From a virus: 64,000 bases of DNA. The notes beneath the pieces are model-generated. The model was given only the letters and a program-made list of their open reading frames with translations, made no database searches and was not told the origin of the DNA. The translations under genes and the position numbers were made by a program. Positions 28,635 through 41,700 of this stretch are shown here, piece after piece (position 1 is the first letter of the stretch; the number at the start of each line of letters is the position of its first letter). The stretch is taken from the IMG/VR virus record IMGVR_UViG_3300032665_000006, positions 1 to 64,000 of that record; one strand, written 5' to 3'.

Positions 28635-30148
28635 TGGCAGTAAATGTACAACGAACAACGGGCAGATCAGCACCCTATAAATTTGACCGCGGTAATACGC
28701 CTACGGACTTTGGGCCATTTATTGGTGAAATTGTAAACAATATAGATCCAACAAGAAGCGGTCGTGTTCAAGTTTTTATTGAACAATTCGGAGGCGGCGA
28801 TAAAACAGATCAAACTTTATGGCGCACAGTTAGTTACTGTCCACCGTTTGGCGGAGCTACACCAAAAACAAGTACATCGGCTGGGGTAGGAACTTATGGC
28901 TCAACTAATAATCAACAAAGTTATGGTATGTCATTTAGTCCTCCAGACATTGGTGTACAAGTATTATGTTTCTTTGTTGCTGGCGATCCTAACCAAGGAT
29001 TTTATGTAGGAGTAATTCCACCACAAGGTGCTAATCATATGGTGCCAGCTATTGGTGCTACACCTGCGGCAGCCAAACAAAATGTAAACCAAGACACATA
29101 TTTTGCTAACAGTCCTCAATTACCTGTCACAGAAATTAATAATGCTGAACAAAATACAGCAATTACTGAAAATCCGCAATTTTTTGATCAAACAAAACCA
29201 GTACATAGTTATGTAGCTAGTGTGCTGTTTCAACAAGGTACAGTTAATGATCCGATTCGCGGGTCAATAAGTTCATCTAGTCAGCGCGAAAGTCCTAGTA
29301 ACGCTTTTGGTTTTAGTACACCTGGCCGTCCAATATATCAAGGTGGATTACAAGATTCAACAATACAACAACAAGTGTCTTCTGGATCAGTTTCGCCTGA
29401 CGCAGTTAATGTTGTAGGTCGTAGAGGCGGACATTCATTTGTAATGGATGACGGTGATGTTGCTGGCAAAAATTCTATTGTGCGTATTCGTACAGCTAAG
29501 GGTCATCAACTCACAATGAGTGATGATGGCAATTGTTTTTATATTTCTCACGCTAGTGGCCAAGTATGGTTAGAGTTTGGACAAGAAGGAACACTAGATG
29601 TTTACTCAACTAATTCTATTAACTTACGCACAGAAGGCACAATAAACTTACACGCTGATAAAGATTTTAATGTCTATGCTGGCGGAAATATTAATATGAA
29701 AAGTAAAGTAGCTACAACACTTCAAAGTGATGGCGCATTTACTTGTGCTAATAAAGATGTACTAACATTGTTTAGTGAAACTTCAATTGGTGTCAAAAGT
29801 AATGGCGAATTAGCATTAGATGGAAAATTTGGATCATGGAAAGCTAGCGGAGATTTTGTATTACAAGCGGCAGCTATAGATTTAAACCCAGGATTTGCCC
29901 CATCAGTAGCAGTACCAAAAGGATTAACGGAATATACTATGCCAGATAGTCAATTTGACACTAGTTCAGGTTGGGCAGTATCTGGCGACGGGGTTAAGAG
30001 TATTGTTACTAGAGCACCAAGTCACGAACCTTGGCCATATCATAATCAAGGTGTACAAGTTAATGTTAATTTAGGTACAGGAACTAATTCTGCGCCACCT
30101 GGAGCTCCAACCATACCGGCTGGAACAACTATAACCAAAACAAATTAA
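28634..30148 (+). CDS. gp5: Baseplate central spike, gp5/VgrG-like (OB fold plus beta-helix, no lysozyme)
   Basis: NNIDPTRSGRVQV, PPDIGVQVL, GGHSFVMDD, RTAKGHQL, RAPSHEPW. Confidence 0.85.
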   Translation: MAVNVQRTTGRSAPYKFDRGNTPTDFGPFIGEIVNNIDPTRSGRVQVFIEQFGGGDKTDQTLWRTVSYCPPFGGATPKTSTSAGVGTYGSTNNQQSYGMSFSPPDIGVQVLCFFVAGDPNQGFYVGVIPPQGANHMVPAIGATPAAAKQNVNQDTYFANSPQLPVTEINNAEQNTAITENPQFFDQTKPVHSYVASVLFQQGTVNDPIRGSISSSSQRESPSNAFGFSTPGRPIYQGGLQDSTIQQQVSSGSVSPDAVNVVGRRGGHSFVMDDGDVAGKNSIVRIRTAKGHQLTMSDDGNCFYISHASGQVWLEFGQEGTLDVYSTNSINLRTEGTINLHADKDFNVYAGGNINMKSKVATTLQSDGAFTCANKDVLTLFSETSIGVKSNGELALDGKFGSWKASGDFVLQAAAIDLNPGFAPSVAVPKGLTEYTMPDSQFDTSSGWAVSGDGVKSIVTRAPSHEPWPYHNQGVQVNVNLGTGTNSAPPGAPTIPAGTTITKTN

Positions 30149-30149
30149 T

Positions 30150-31850
30150 ATGGCAATTTTTAAATATACACTTCCTTCTGGAGCAGAATTCCAATTAAAT
30201 GCTGAAGCTGGTACAACCCAAGCACAAGCTGACAAAATATTTTACGAACAAGTGGCCGCAGGAACATTTGTTGGATACAAAAAGGGCGATAAATTAACCC
30301 ACCCAGCGGAAGCCCTTACTAATTTTGGAATTACTCGACTACAAAGAGGAACAGCGGGTGTAGATGACAAAACATTGTTGGCAATTATTTCAGGCTTGCC
30401 TATAGTAGCACCATTACCGTCCTTAAAAAACACACCAATTCAAAATCCAATTGATCAAACAAATTTTATACAAGTTACAAGTAGCCCAACAGGACTTACT
30501 GACCTTGGCCCTAACGGAGTAGGTCAATTATCTTCAACACAAACACAAGCCTTGATGGCACAAATTGCTGCTACTACTCAAGGAAATGTTGATACAATTA
30601 CACAAACAATTGGAATTGGAACTTATGGATTTAATTGTACTCAACTTGAACAAGTAGGATTAATTAAACCAGGTATGTGTGCTTTATATTGTCCTACAGA
30701 TCCACAAACAGGTGCTAATCCATCAAATTTTGTAGAGTTTATGAATTCGCCGACACCTTGGACTGGTCTTAACGGCATAACAAGCACCAATGATATTGTA
30801 GGGGATCAAGCTACACAAAATCAAATTCAGGAACAGCTATTACAACAAAGTTATAATCAGTTAGTAGCTAACGGAACAATCGTACCTCCGACACCTACAG
30901 TCACTACACCAAGTATTAGTACAGGGCAAGTATATAGTTCTAGCGGAACACTTGTGGCAACATCAGCATTAACATTAATTGCTTCTGGATTAGGCTATAA
31001 TGGAGCTAACGCTCTGTTTAGTGATTTTAATAATTTATTTTCTTCCAATTCTTCTTCATCCTTGTACAGCGAAGCGGTTAGTACTTTGGGTAGTGTAGGA
31101 AATTCTATTAGTGGTTTCTTTTCAAGTTTAACTAGCTCACCAGTTGGCGATGTGCCAGTAGATATTCAAAATTTAGGAACAGATGCTGTAGCAGCATATA
31201 ATTCAGGATTATCAAGTTTATCTTCTGGAGCCGTAGGATTTTCTAATAGCACATTAAGCAATATTTCAACAGCAACTGGGTCGTCTGTAACTCAATTATC
31301 TGGGCTGGCATCAGGACTTACTGGTGGATCTGTGGCAAATACTACCGCCGCAATAACTTCTACACTTAATAGTGATGTTGGCGCATTGTTAGCAACTAGT
31401 AGCAAGTATGGCACTAGTTTAGTTACAGCTTGGGCTGATAGTGCTGGCTCTACATTAACTAGTATCGGAAATAATTTAGGATCATTAGCGTCAGGAGTAT
31501 CTACAGCCGCTACTAATGCTTTCAATACAGCACAAACTTCATTGTCTACAGGCATAGATTCCTTGGCAAAAGCATCACAATTTAGTATCAATTTTAGCGA
31601 TTTTTCATTAAGCAGTTTAGTAGCGGGGGTTCAACCAGCAGCCGGCTTTACTAATACAGTTGATAGAGCTACAGTGGATGCCGCAGTAAATCGAGTAATA
31701 GGATCATCATTAATTACACCACCTACTTTTGAACTTCCTTCAGTATCTAGCCTAGGAACATTAGCTGATATTAGTGCCGCAAAGAGTATTTTAGCACAAG
31801 CTCAGTCGGCGGCGCAGGGTGTTGGCAGCAAAATAGTTAATATTGTATAG
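30150..31850 (+). CDS. Ser/Thr/Gly-rich baseplate-associated protein
   Basis: 566-aa ORF between gp5 and gp25, with GIGTYGF...LEQVGLIKPG domain. Confidence 0.7.
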   Translation: MAIFKYTLPSGAEFQLNAEAGTTQAQADKIFYEQVAAGTFVGYKKGDKLTHPAEALTNFGITRLQRGTAGVDDKTLLAIISGLPIVAPLPSLKNTPIQNPIDQTNFIQVTSSPTGLTDLGPNGVGQLSSTQTQALMAQIAATTQGNVDTITQTIGIGTYGFNCTQLEQVGLIKPGMCALYCPTDPQTGANPSNFVEFMNSPTPWTGLNGITSTNDIVGDQATQNQIQEQLLQQSYNQLVANGTIVPPTPTVTTPSISTGQVYSSSGTLVATSALTLIASGLGYNGANALFSDFNNLFSSNSSSSLYSEAVSTLGSVGNSISGFFSSLTSSPVGDVPVDIQNLGTDAVAAYNSGLSSLSSGAVGFSNSTLSNISTATGSSVTQLSGLASGLTGGSVANTTAAITSTLNSDVGALLATSSKYGTSLVTAWADSAGSTLTSIGNNLGSLASGVSTAATNAFNTAQTSLSTGIDSLAKASQFSINFSDFSLSSLVAGVQPAAGFTNTVDRATVDAAVNRVIGSSLITPPTFELPSVSSLGTLADISAAKSILAQAQSAAQGVGSKIVNIV

Positions 31851-31864
31851 AATAAATATAATAT

Positions 31865-32239
31865 ATGGCAACTTTTATCGGATTCAATACAATTAATCAA
31901 AACAAGACATTTACACTTGTTGACTATGAATTAATTAAACAAGACTTATTAAACGCTTTTAATATTAGACAGGGCGAATTAGTAGGCCGTCCGGGCTATG
32001 GCACCATTTTATGGGCCTATTTGTTTGAAAATCAAACCCCTGAGTTAGAAACAGCAATTTATAATGAAGTTCAGCGTGTAGTTGGTGGAGATCCACGAAT
32101 TTATCTAAGTAGTATTAATATGTTTCCCCAGGAAAACGGCATATTATTAGAATTAGAACTACAAACAGTAGCAACAACATCAGCACAAATTTTATCGATA
32201 TTCTTTAACGAACAACAGCGTTCCGCAAGTTATGTCTAA
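31865..32239 (+). CDS. gp25: Baseplate wedge/sheath initiator gp25
   Basis: LIKQDLLNAFNIRQGELVGRPGYGT...LFE, DPRI. Confidence 0.92.
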   Translation: MATFIGFNTINQNKTFTLVDYELIKQDLLNAFNIRQGELVGRPGYGTILWAYLFENQTPELETAIYNEVQRVVGGDPRIYLSSINMFPQENGILLELELQTVATTSAQILSIFFNEQQRSASYV

Positions 32240-32291
32240 CTTAAACTACCCAGTTTATTAAAACCATAAATACTGTATCACTGGAACGACT

Positions 32292-35200
32292 ATGGCACAG
32301 ACAACAAGACAAACCGTACTATTTGGGGTTGAAGATTGGAAAAGAATCTATCAAACTTATAGTGAAGGTGACTTTCAAAGTTACGATTTTGAAACCCTAC
32401 GCAAATCCTTCATAGATTACCTGCGCCAGTATTATCCAGAAACATTCAATGATTATATTGAATCATCAGAATTTATAGCATTGCTTGATGTTATGGCTTT
32501 TATGGGCCAAGCATTAGCATTTCGTACTGACTTAAACACTCGTGAAAACTATATTGACACAGCAGAACGCCGTGATAGTGTTATTAAATTAGCAAATTTA
32601 GTAAGTTATGCTCCACAGCGTAATACAGAAGCTAGCGGATATCTTAAAGTATTTTCTGTACAAACTACAGAAAATGTAACAGACTACAACGGTGTCGACC
32701 TTGCTAATATTACAGTTAACTGGGCCGATCCTAGTAACTTTGATTGGCAAGAACAGTTCACAGCTATTCTTAATGCCGCTTTAGTTGATACACAATATGT
32801 AGGCAGTCCTGGAAACGATCAAAACATTCTTGGAGTAGATACACAAGAATATACTATTAACTTAGTGCCTGGTTACTTGCCAGTAATCCCTTATACTGCT
32901 ACAGTCGATGGAGTTAATATGCCATTCGAAGCAGTTAACGCAACATCATTAGGTGAAACATATATTTACGAACCACCTCCATTGCCAAACGGACAATTTA
33001 ATATATTGTTCCGCAATGATCAATTAGGATATCAGTCAGCTAACACAGGATATTTCTTTTATTTCAAACAAGGTGTTTTACAAAACCAAGATTTCAATTT
33101 AGTAGAAAGCATTGCTAATCGTACTGTTGATATCAATATCGAAGGCGTTAATAATACTGATGTTTGGTTATATCAACTTGATAATTTAGGAAATTTGCGT
33201 CAGTTATGGAATAAAGTTGATTCTGTATATGCGGCTGCAGTTGAACAGATGACTCCTACCTTGCGTACAGTATTTTCCGTTACTAGTCGTACTAATGATC
33301 AAATTACTTTAGTATTTGGTGATAATGTTTTCTCAGCTATTCCAGTAGGGCAATTCCGCAACTATGTTCGTGCGTCTAACGGATTACAATACATTATTAA
33401 TCCAGAAGATATGCAATCTATTTCAATTCCTATCTCGTATGTTAGTCGTACAGGTAGTATTGAAACAATTACATTTACTTGTGGCATAACAACACCTGTA
33501 ACTAATGCCGCTCCACGCGAAACTATTGATCAAATTAAACAAAGAGCGCCAGCTCGTTACTATACACAAAATCGTATGGTTAATGGCGAAGATTATACAA
33601 ACTTTCCATTTACAACATATAATTCAATCATTAAAAGTGCTGCGCTCAATCGTAGTTCAATTGGATCAAGTCGTTATTTGGATTTAGTTGATCCAACAGG
33701 CAAATATTCTTCTACTAATGTGTTTGGTAGTGACGGAGCATTGTGGTATATTAATAACACCCCAGCATTTACATTTACATACCAAACAACTAATGATATT
33801 AATAATGTTATTCTTAATGACATAACACCGTTGCTAATTCAAGCAACAATGAAACAATTTTATTATGCTTATTTTCCACGCCCAAATTTACAATCATTAA
33901 ATTATAGTTGGAATGAAAGTACAACTATTGTAAATGAAACTACTGGATATTTTGTAAACAGTAGCGGAACTCCTGTAGTAGTTGGGCCAACAGCTAGTAA
34001 TAATGCTAAATTTATTGTTGAAACATCATTAATTAAATTTGTTCCGCCTTCTGGGTATCACTTTGATAGCAAAAACGAATTACAACCAGGATTGCCAGTA
34101 TCTGATGATGACCACTTAGTCATATGGGCTTCGCCGACAGCAATATATGGCAACGGCACTAACGGTGGCGTCGGTAATTTAGCTGACGGAACTGGTCCTG
34201 TTGTATTGAATACCTATGTTCCTACTGGCGCAATCGCAGTTCAAGTTATTCCATTATTAACTTCAACTTTCTCTACACAATTAAAACAAAGTATAGCTAA
34301 TCAAATTTATTTAAAAGCTAACTTTGGATTAGGATATGACAGTACAGGAACAATTACTGGTACACCTTATACTTGGTATTTAATAACAGCAGCAAATCTT
34401 GATGTGGGGGCATCCTGGAGCCAAACTTATGCTGGCAATACTTCTGGAGCAAATCTTGATGCTAGTTGGTTAATTCAAGCAACCTTTGATGGCAGTCAAT
34501 ATACTGTAATATCACGCAGTCTTGATTACTACTTTGGTAGTGTTCTCGAAGTTAGATTCTTCTTTGATACAGATCAAGCAATTTACGATAGTCGTACTGG
34601 TACAGTTATTTCAGATTTTGCGAAAGTTTTAAAAACAAACAGTCAACCGTATAATAATTCTCCATTGTTAGCTGATATCCCACTTAAAATTATTGGACAG
34701 CCAGTATTGAGCGATGGCTTAGTTGATGATTATCAAGTGTTAGTTGGATATGAAGACAACAACACAGGTATTCCTACGGATCCAGATTTCTTTCAAGAGA
34801 TTGTTGGAGTTTCACCATCAAGTACAGCGTTGCCACAACCATATGTGTTCTTCCAACTAACGGTAGATTTTGATAATCTAGAAAGATATTTGTTACAGCC
34901 AGAAGGCATTGTAGTTGCTGATTATCCAACATTGGCTGAAATTGAAATAATAAAAACACAATATCCTACAGGGCAAGTATTTTATGCTTATGCAGAAAAT
35001 GCGTTTTATACATTAATATTAAACTTAAACGGTTCATTATCAGTAGTTGCGACTCCAGGGTGGGTAGCACAAGTAGGCCGCCAAAGTTTATATTTCCAAT
35101 ATAGACATAATAGTGCGTTGACAAGTCTTATTGATCCAGGCAGCACAAATATTATTGATTTATATGTTGTAACTGCCGAATACTATACAGCTTATGTTCA

Positions 35201-35720
35201 GTGGATACAAGATACAACAGGCACAGTTACACAACCATTGCCTCCAACTATTGATGAATTGACAACAGCGTATGCTGGCTTACAAGATTATAAGATGATT
35301 AGTGACAATATGATTCTTAATAGTGTAGAATTTTTGCCATTGTTTGGTAGTAAAGCACCAGAAGCATTGAGAGCGACTATTAAAGTAATTCCTGCTGCTA
35401 ATACAAACGCAAGCAATAATCAAATTCGTAATTTAGTGTTAGCAACAATGAACGCATACTTTGATATTGCTAATTGGAATTTTGGCGACACATTTTACTT
35501 CTCAGAATTGGCGGCATATATACATGCACAAATCGGAACTTATGTTGCCTCGGTAGTGTTGGTACCATTAAATCCACAAAAGAGTTTTGGTGATTTGTAT
35601 GAAATACAATGCGCTCCGTATCAAATATTTGTTAACGGCGCAACTATTAATGACATTGAAGTGATTACATCGTTGACTAGTACTAACTTACAAACTGCTC
35701 CTGGCAGCGGAGCAATTTAA
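32292..35720 (+). CDS. gp6: Baseplate wedge protein gp6
   Basis: YDFETLRKS, TAERRDSVIKLA, LVFGDNVFS, ETIDQIKQRAP..YYTQNRMVNGEDY; late promoter at 32265-32272. Confidence 0.9.
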   Translation: MAQTTRQTVLFGVEDWKRIYQTYSEGDFQSYDFETLRKSFIDYLRQYYPETFNDYIESSEFIALLDVMAFMGQALAFRTDLNTRENYIDTAERRDSVIKLANLVSYAPQRNTEASGYLKVFSVQTTENVTDYNGVDLANITVNWADPSNFDWQEQFTAILNAALVDTQYVGSPGNDQNILGVDTQEYTINLVPGYLPVIPYTATVDGVNMPFEAVNATSLGETYIYEPPPLPNGQFNILFRNDQLGYQSANTGYFFYFKQGVLQNQDFNLVESIANRTVDINIEGVNNTDVWLYQLDNLGNLRQLWNKVDSVYAAAVEQMTPTLRTVFSVTSRTNDQITLVFGDNVFSAIPVGQFRNYVRASNGLQYIINPEDMQSISIPISYVSRTGSIETITFTCGITTPVTNAAPRETIDQIKQRAPARYYTQNRMVNGEDYTNFPFTTYNSIIKSAALNRSSIGSSRYLDLVDPTGKYSSTNVFGSDGALWYINNTPAFTFTYQTTNDINNVILNDITPLLIQATMKQFYYAYFPRPNLQSLNYSWNESTTIVNETTGYFVNSSGTPVVVGPTASNNAKFIVETSLIKFVPPSGYHFDSKNELQPGLPVSDDDHLVIWASPTAIYGNGTNGGVGNLADGTGPVVLNTYVPTGAIAVQVIPLLTSTFSTQLKQSIANQIYLKANFGLGYDSTGTITGTPYTWYLITAANLDVGASWSQTYAGNTSGANLDASWLIQATFDGSQYTVISRSLDYYFGSVLEVRFFFDTDQAIYDSRTGTVISDFAKVLKTNSQPYNNSPLLADIPLKIIGQPVLSDGLVDDYQVLVGYEDNNTGIPTDPDFFQEIVGVSPSSTALPQPYVFFQLTVDFDNLERYLLQPEGIVVADYPTLAEIEIIKTQYPTGQVFYAYAENAFYTLILNLNGSLSVVATPGWVAQVGRQSLYFQYRHNSALTSLIDPGSTNIIDLYVVTAEYYTAYVQWIQDTTGTVTQPLPPTIDELTTAYAGLQDYKMISDNMILNSVEFLPLFGSKAPEALRATIKVIPAANTNASNNQIRNLVLATMNAYFDIANWNFGDTFYFSELAAYIHAQIGTYVASVVLVPLNPQKSFGDLYEIQCAPYQIFVNGATINDIEVITSLTSTNLQTAPGSGAI

Positions 35721-38700
35721 TGGCCGCAAAAATCCGTTCAGTTGATTTCCTGCCGGAAATATTTCAAACCCCAGTAAACAAACAGTTTCTGGATGCCACA
35801 CTCGACCAATTAATTCAAGAGCCAAAATATAAACAGACTCAAGGATATATAGGACAAAAGGTTGGCCCAGGTGTAAATCCTGCCGACAACTATGTGGTAG
35901 AACCTACTAAAGTTCGTAATGATTATCAATTAGAACCTGGTATTGTATCGCTTAGTCCAACAACTTCAAAAATCGATGATGTCATTACCTATCCAGGTAT
36001 TATTGATGCTTTATCAACTCAAGGCGGCATAACAAATCAAGCAGATCGTTTGTTTGAAAGTGAATATTACTCTTGGGATCCATTTGTTGATTTTGACAAA
36101 CTTAATAACTATGCTCAATATTATTGGGTTCCAAACGGACCAGATTTAGTTACAGTAGCGCCAACAGCTATTCCAACAGAACAAACATTTACAGTTACTC
36201 GCACTAATGGAGCATATACTTTTAGCGGCTACACTGGTAATAATCCTGAATTGACATTAGTTCGTAACGGAAGCTATAACTTTGTTATTGCTCAAACAGA
36301 TCCAGTAACAGTTCAATATCGTGTTACAAATAACGGATCTAGTAGCTGGGCAATTAATTATCAACCAAATCCTACATTAACATTAGTTCGTGGCAACACT
36401 TATATCTTTAATTTAATACAAACAGCAAACTATGCTTTTTATATTAAAACTCAAGAAAGTTATGGTACTACTAACTTATGGACTGAAGGAGTTACTAACG
36501 GCGGCGCAGCTCAAGGGCAAGTTACTTTTACTGTTCCACAAGATGCTCCGGATACATTATACTATTGTAACGATTTAGAATTTAATTTACGCGGTCAACT
36601 TAACATCATTGATGCTTCTGCCGGCACAGGCCCAGAATTTTGGATACAAACAGAACCTGGTGTTGATGGACGCTTGCCTTGGTCTCCTAATATCTCTGAT
36701 AGAGATGTTTTAGGAGTTGTTAATAACGGTATTGATCTCGGAACCGTAACTTTTAATGTTCCTGATGTTAACGCACAGAATTTTTATTATTCTATGCCTT
36801 ATATTGGATATCCAACATCAACAACAGGAAAGGTTGATTTAATTTGTTCGTCTTTTACTTACGATCAACTTAACGGAGTTTCAGTACAACAATTTTTAAC
36901 AAACAATCCACAAGGTATTGACGGAATTACTAACCTTAATTCTCGTACATTAATTTTTACTACACAGTCATCTGATCCAGACTCGGGCGGTTGGTATAAT
37001 GTTACACCTTTTGATCCATTACAGCCTTCTGATAATAATCAAACCGGGGCATTTGATACTACAGCATTTGCTGAAGCAACTCCAATTACTGATCCGTCCA
37101 TTCAATTCAGTTTGTGGCAAATTCAATATGTTAATGATGTTAACGGTGTGCCATTTATAAAACTTAACAGTATTTTGTCAATTTCAGATTTAACACAATT
37201 TTCTGTTGCTTATGGCGCACAATATATTAATACTCAGTGGTATAAAAATGCTGAAGGCTTTTTTACACAGATGCCATTGCTTACTGCCGCATTGCCACAG
37301 TTATACTATCAAGATAGTATAGATCCAAGCATTTTTGGCGTAATTAATTTAATCGAAGGTAACACTAATAATAATGTACCGCCTTTATCGATTACAAATA
37401 TAACTTCAACTGGCACATCAGTAACATTAACATTTGCCGCACAACAAACAGCACCATATTCTATTGGTAGTACAATTATTGTATCTGAAGTTAATCCAGC
37501 ACAATACAATGGCGATTATGTTGTTACTGGATGTACAACATCGACAGTAACTTATTCTAGTACAGTTACCGAAAGTTATGTAAACAGCGGCACAATTAAT
37601 GCTATTAGCATCAATGCTTTTATTAATGTTGACACAGATATTTTAGGTAAAACTAATTATGTAAGTCCAAATGGGGTAACATTTACAAACGGACTTAAAA
37701 TTGTTTTTGAAGGTACAGTTTACCCATCAAGTTATGTAGGCAATACATATTATGTACAAGGTGTAGGATCAAGTATTGTATTAGTACCAGAAACTAGTTT
37801 AGTAGTTCCTGAAACTTACGCTGTAGAAATCGATGGTGAACCTGTCGTTCCTGATTATATGACCATCAATATGGCTAGTCAGGATCTTAATCCTTGGAGT
37901 CGTAGTAATCGCTGGTTCCACATTGATGTTATTGATGCCGCGGCCGCGTATAATGATATAGTACCAGATTTTACCAATGTACAGCGAGCTAATCGTCCTA
38001 TTTTAGAATTCCGTGCCGGAACAAAATTATTTAATTTTGGCACACAAGGTCTTCCTGCAATTAATATTATTGATTTTACACAAACTAACGCATTACTTAA
38101 TGTTAATGGGCAACCAAGCTACGGAGTAGATGGTTATAATTTAGTCGATGGCAGTTTAGTTATATTTGCTGCCGACTCTAATCCAGAAGTTGCTAATCAA
38201 ATTTATCAAGTTAATTTTGTAGTAGTGGATCCGGAAGTATCAACCGTACCTATTATTGATTTAACGCCTACAAGTTATAGTCCAGCATTAGCAAATCAAA
38301 CGACAGTTTGCCTTAATGGAAATACTTTAACTGGACAAAGTTTTTATTATAATGGCGTTTCGTGGAGTCCTCCGCAAAATCCTTGGATTATTTCAAGCTC
38401 TACTCAGCCAGCTAATACAACACCGGTGGTTCAATCATACGCAACACAAGTACTTGCCGAGGGATTAAACGCTACACAACAAAAATCTACGGTTAATCAA
38501 CCACCTTTGTTTGATGTTTATGACATCAATGGATATAGTTTTGGCGATATAGAAAAGTACCCAAGTACAAACTTCACTGGTTGTAAATTATTAAGCTACG
38601 CTGAAAATCCTGATAATCCAGCTGATGCTGTATTAGGCATTCCGTTAGCTTTCTTTAGTATTGATAATATTGGTGATATTTTATTCGACAATAATTTATA

Positions 38701-41700
38701 TAATGACACATTTATCTATACTCCATCTGGCACAGGTACTACAGTAAATGTAAGTAGCGGGTTTGTTTATCAATATTCAGACAGAATAGCATTTACTCCA
38801 GAGATTGGCTGGCAAACAGCGGCGATTCCATCATTACCTCGCCAACAATTTCAATTTAGTTATGCTGGTGTTCCATTACAACTTGACATTGCTGTTGAAA
38901 CAAGTCTCGATGTTCCAGCAGTACAAGTATTTGTTAATAATGTTTATCAAGTTCCATCAATATATACACTTTCAGTCAATACTACTACTAATGTTTCTAC
39001 TATTACATTAAATGGCACTTATGTTACTGGTGATATAATTGAAATACTTGCTTATAGTAGTCAAGTAAGCGCACAAGGTTTTTATGAAGTTCCTATCAAT
39101 CTTGAAAACAATCCGTTCAACGGAAATTCAAAACAATTTAGTTTAGGTACAATTCGTAATCACTACGGTACAATTTGCGAAAATTTAGTTGATTTACAAG
39201 GTCCTATAAATGGAAGAAATAATACTCGCGACTTAGGCGACATTGTTCCTTTTGGCCAATTAATTTTACAACAATCTTCGCCTTTAACATTAGCTGGATA
39301 TTTCTTACGCTCACCAAACTATGATATTTTTGCTGCTTTAGAATATAACAGTAGAGAATATATCAAATATAAAAATAAATTGTTAACGGCAGTTACACAA
39401 TTAAATCTTAACGGCACAGAAACTGTTTCGCAAATTCTTGATTTAGGTGTAAGAAATATTACACAAAGTTTAACAAGTTCTGATCCATTTTATTGGTCAG
39501 ATATGTTGCCTGTTGGGACAAATTATACTTCTAGTACAACAGTTGTAAATCCTATTACTACCGCAACATTTAACACAATTCAAACATACGACTTTACTTC
39601 GTCAAATTATCTTGGTTTATTAGTATATGTTAATAATGTATTATTAGTTCGTAACAGTCAATATGTTGTATCACCTGACGCTCCTAAATTAACAATTTTA
39701 ATACCATTAAATGTTGGCGATGTTGTAACGATTAATGAATATCCAACTACTGTAGCCAGCTGGTGTCCTAACACACCAAGTAAAATGGGCTTATATCCTA
39801 AGTATACTCCAAGTATTTTTGTTGATGAAACTTATTCAGAGCCAACAGTAGTAATTCAAGGACACGATGGCAGCATCACTATTGCTTTTGGTGACATTCG
39901 TGATCAAGTATTACTTGAATTTGAAAAGCGTATATACGATAACATCAAAGTTGATGACAATCCAATTCCATTAACTACTGATGAAGTTGATCCTGATTTT
40001 TACCCAGCACAAACTACAGCATTGTTGCCTGGCTTCTTCCGTAAAACTCCATATAGTTACGAAGAAGTTAACCAAATAATGAGTGAAGACTTTTTAACTT
40101 GGGTTGGACAAAATAAAGTAGATTATACACAACAAAATTATGTTGCTGATAATCCTTTCACATACAATTATATTCAAGCTGCTAATCGCATTGATGGCAC
40201 AGAATTCCTACAAGGTAACTGGCGTGGAATTTATCGTTACTTCTACGATACAGAAACTCCTAATACTACACCTTGGGAAATGGTTGGATTTTCGGAAGAA
40301 CCAGCTTGGTGGATTACACGATATGGTCCTGCTCCTTATACTGATGGCAATACAGTATTGTGGGATGATATGGAACTTGGCTTAGTTGCCGATCCAACAG
40401 GTCCTTATGTATTACCTGAATATGCTCGTCCTGGATTAAGTGAAATTATTCCTGCCGGATCAGAAGGCGAACTATTACCTCCGTTTGAATCTGTTATGGG
40501 CAAAAATGATCCATATGGATTCCAACAATCTTGGGTAGCTGGCGATGGCGGACCAGTACAAGCATCTTGGTGGAAGAGTAGTTCTTATCCATTTGCTATT
40601 ATGCGTTTGTTGGCATTAACTAAGCCAGCACAGTTTTTCTCATTATTCGCCGACAGAGATTTATATCGTTACAATACTACATTAGGTCAGTATTTGATGA
40701 ACAATCGTTATCGTTTAGATGCTTCTGGCGTTCAAGTGTATGGTAACGGAGTAAGTAAAGCAAGTTATATCAACTGGATTGTTGATTATAATCAACAAAC
40801 AGGCATTAATAGTACTACAGCACTAACTGAAGATTTAGCAAACTTAGATGTACGACTATGTTATCGTATGGCTTCATTCTCTGATCCAGTGTATGTACAA
40901 CTATTCACTGAAAGAGCTGGCCCAAACTCTACAAATAATAGTTTGTTGATTCCGCCAACAAGTTATGATTTATTATTTTATAAAAATCAACCTTTTAATC
41001 AGATTACATATAGTTCTGTAATTGTACAAGTAGAAGAACTAGAAGGTGGCGGCATCGGCTATTCTGTATTTGGATACAGCAATGTTCAACCATATTTTGA
41101 AATATTAGTAAGTAGTCCGGTTGGCTTATATCAAACTATTTCAGCAGGCGACATAACAGTTCAAGTACCTTCACAATATACAGCTAATGTAAAACAAATT
41201 CCTTATGGCTATGTATTCACAAGTCCTGCTAGTGTTTGCGACTTTTTATTAGGTTACGGAGCATGGCTTACAAGTCAAGGATTAGTATTTGATGATATCT
41301 ACAACGGTTATACATTAGATTGGAAACAAATGGCGCAAGAGTTTTTATACTTTGGCGCTCAAGGATGGCAAGCAGGCACAATGATTAATTTAAATCCTTG
41401 TGCTACTACTATCAAAGCTAGTCAACCTATTAGTATTGTGGACACTATTGCTAGTGTTACACCAGAAAATATGTTGTTAGATCAAAATCGATTTGTACTT
41501 GATGTTAGAACAATGGTTGTTAACCGTAATGGCAACGAATTTTCTGTTACTACAACTAACGGCCAAACAATTAACTATCTTACATTAAAGTTTACAAATT
41601 ACGAAGATATGATTGTATTGAATAATACTAGTCAATACAACGATTTAATTTACGATCCAATCACCGCGGCTCGTCAAGTACGCTTGAGTTTAATAGCCTC

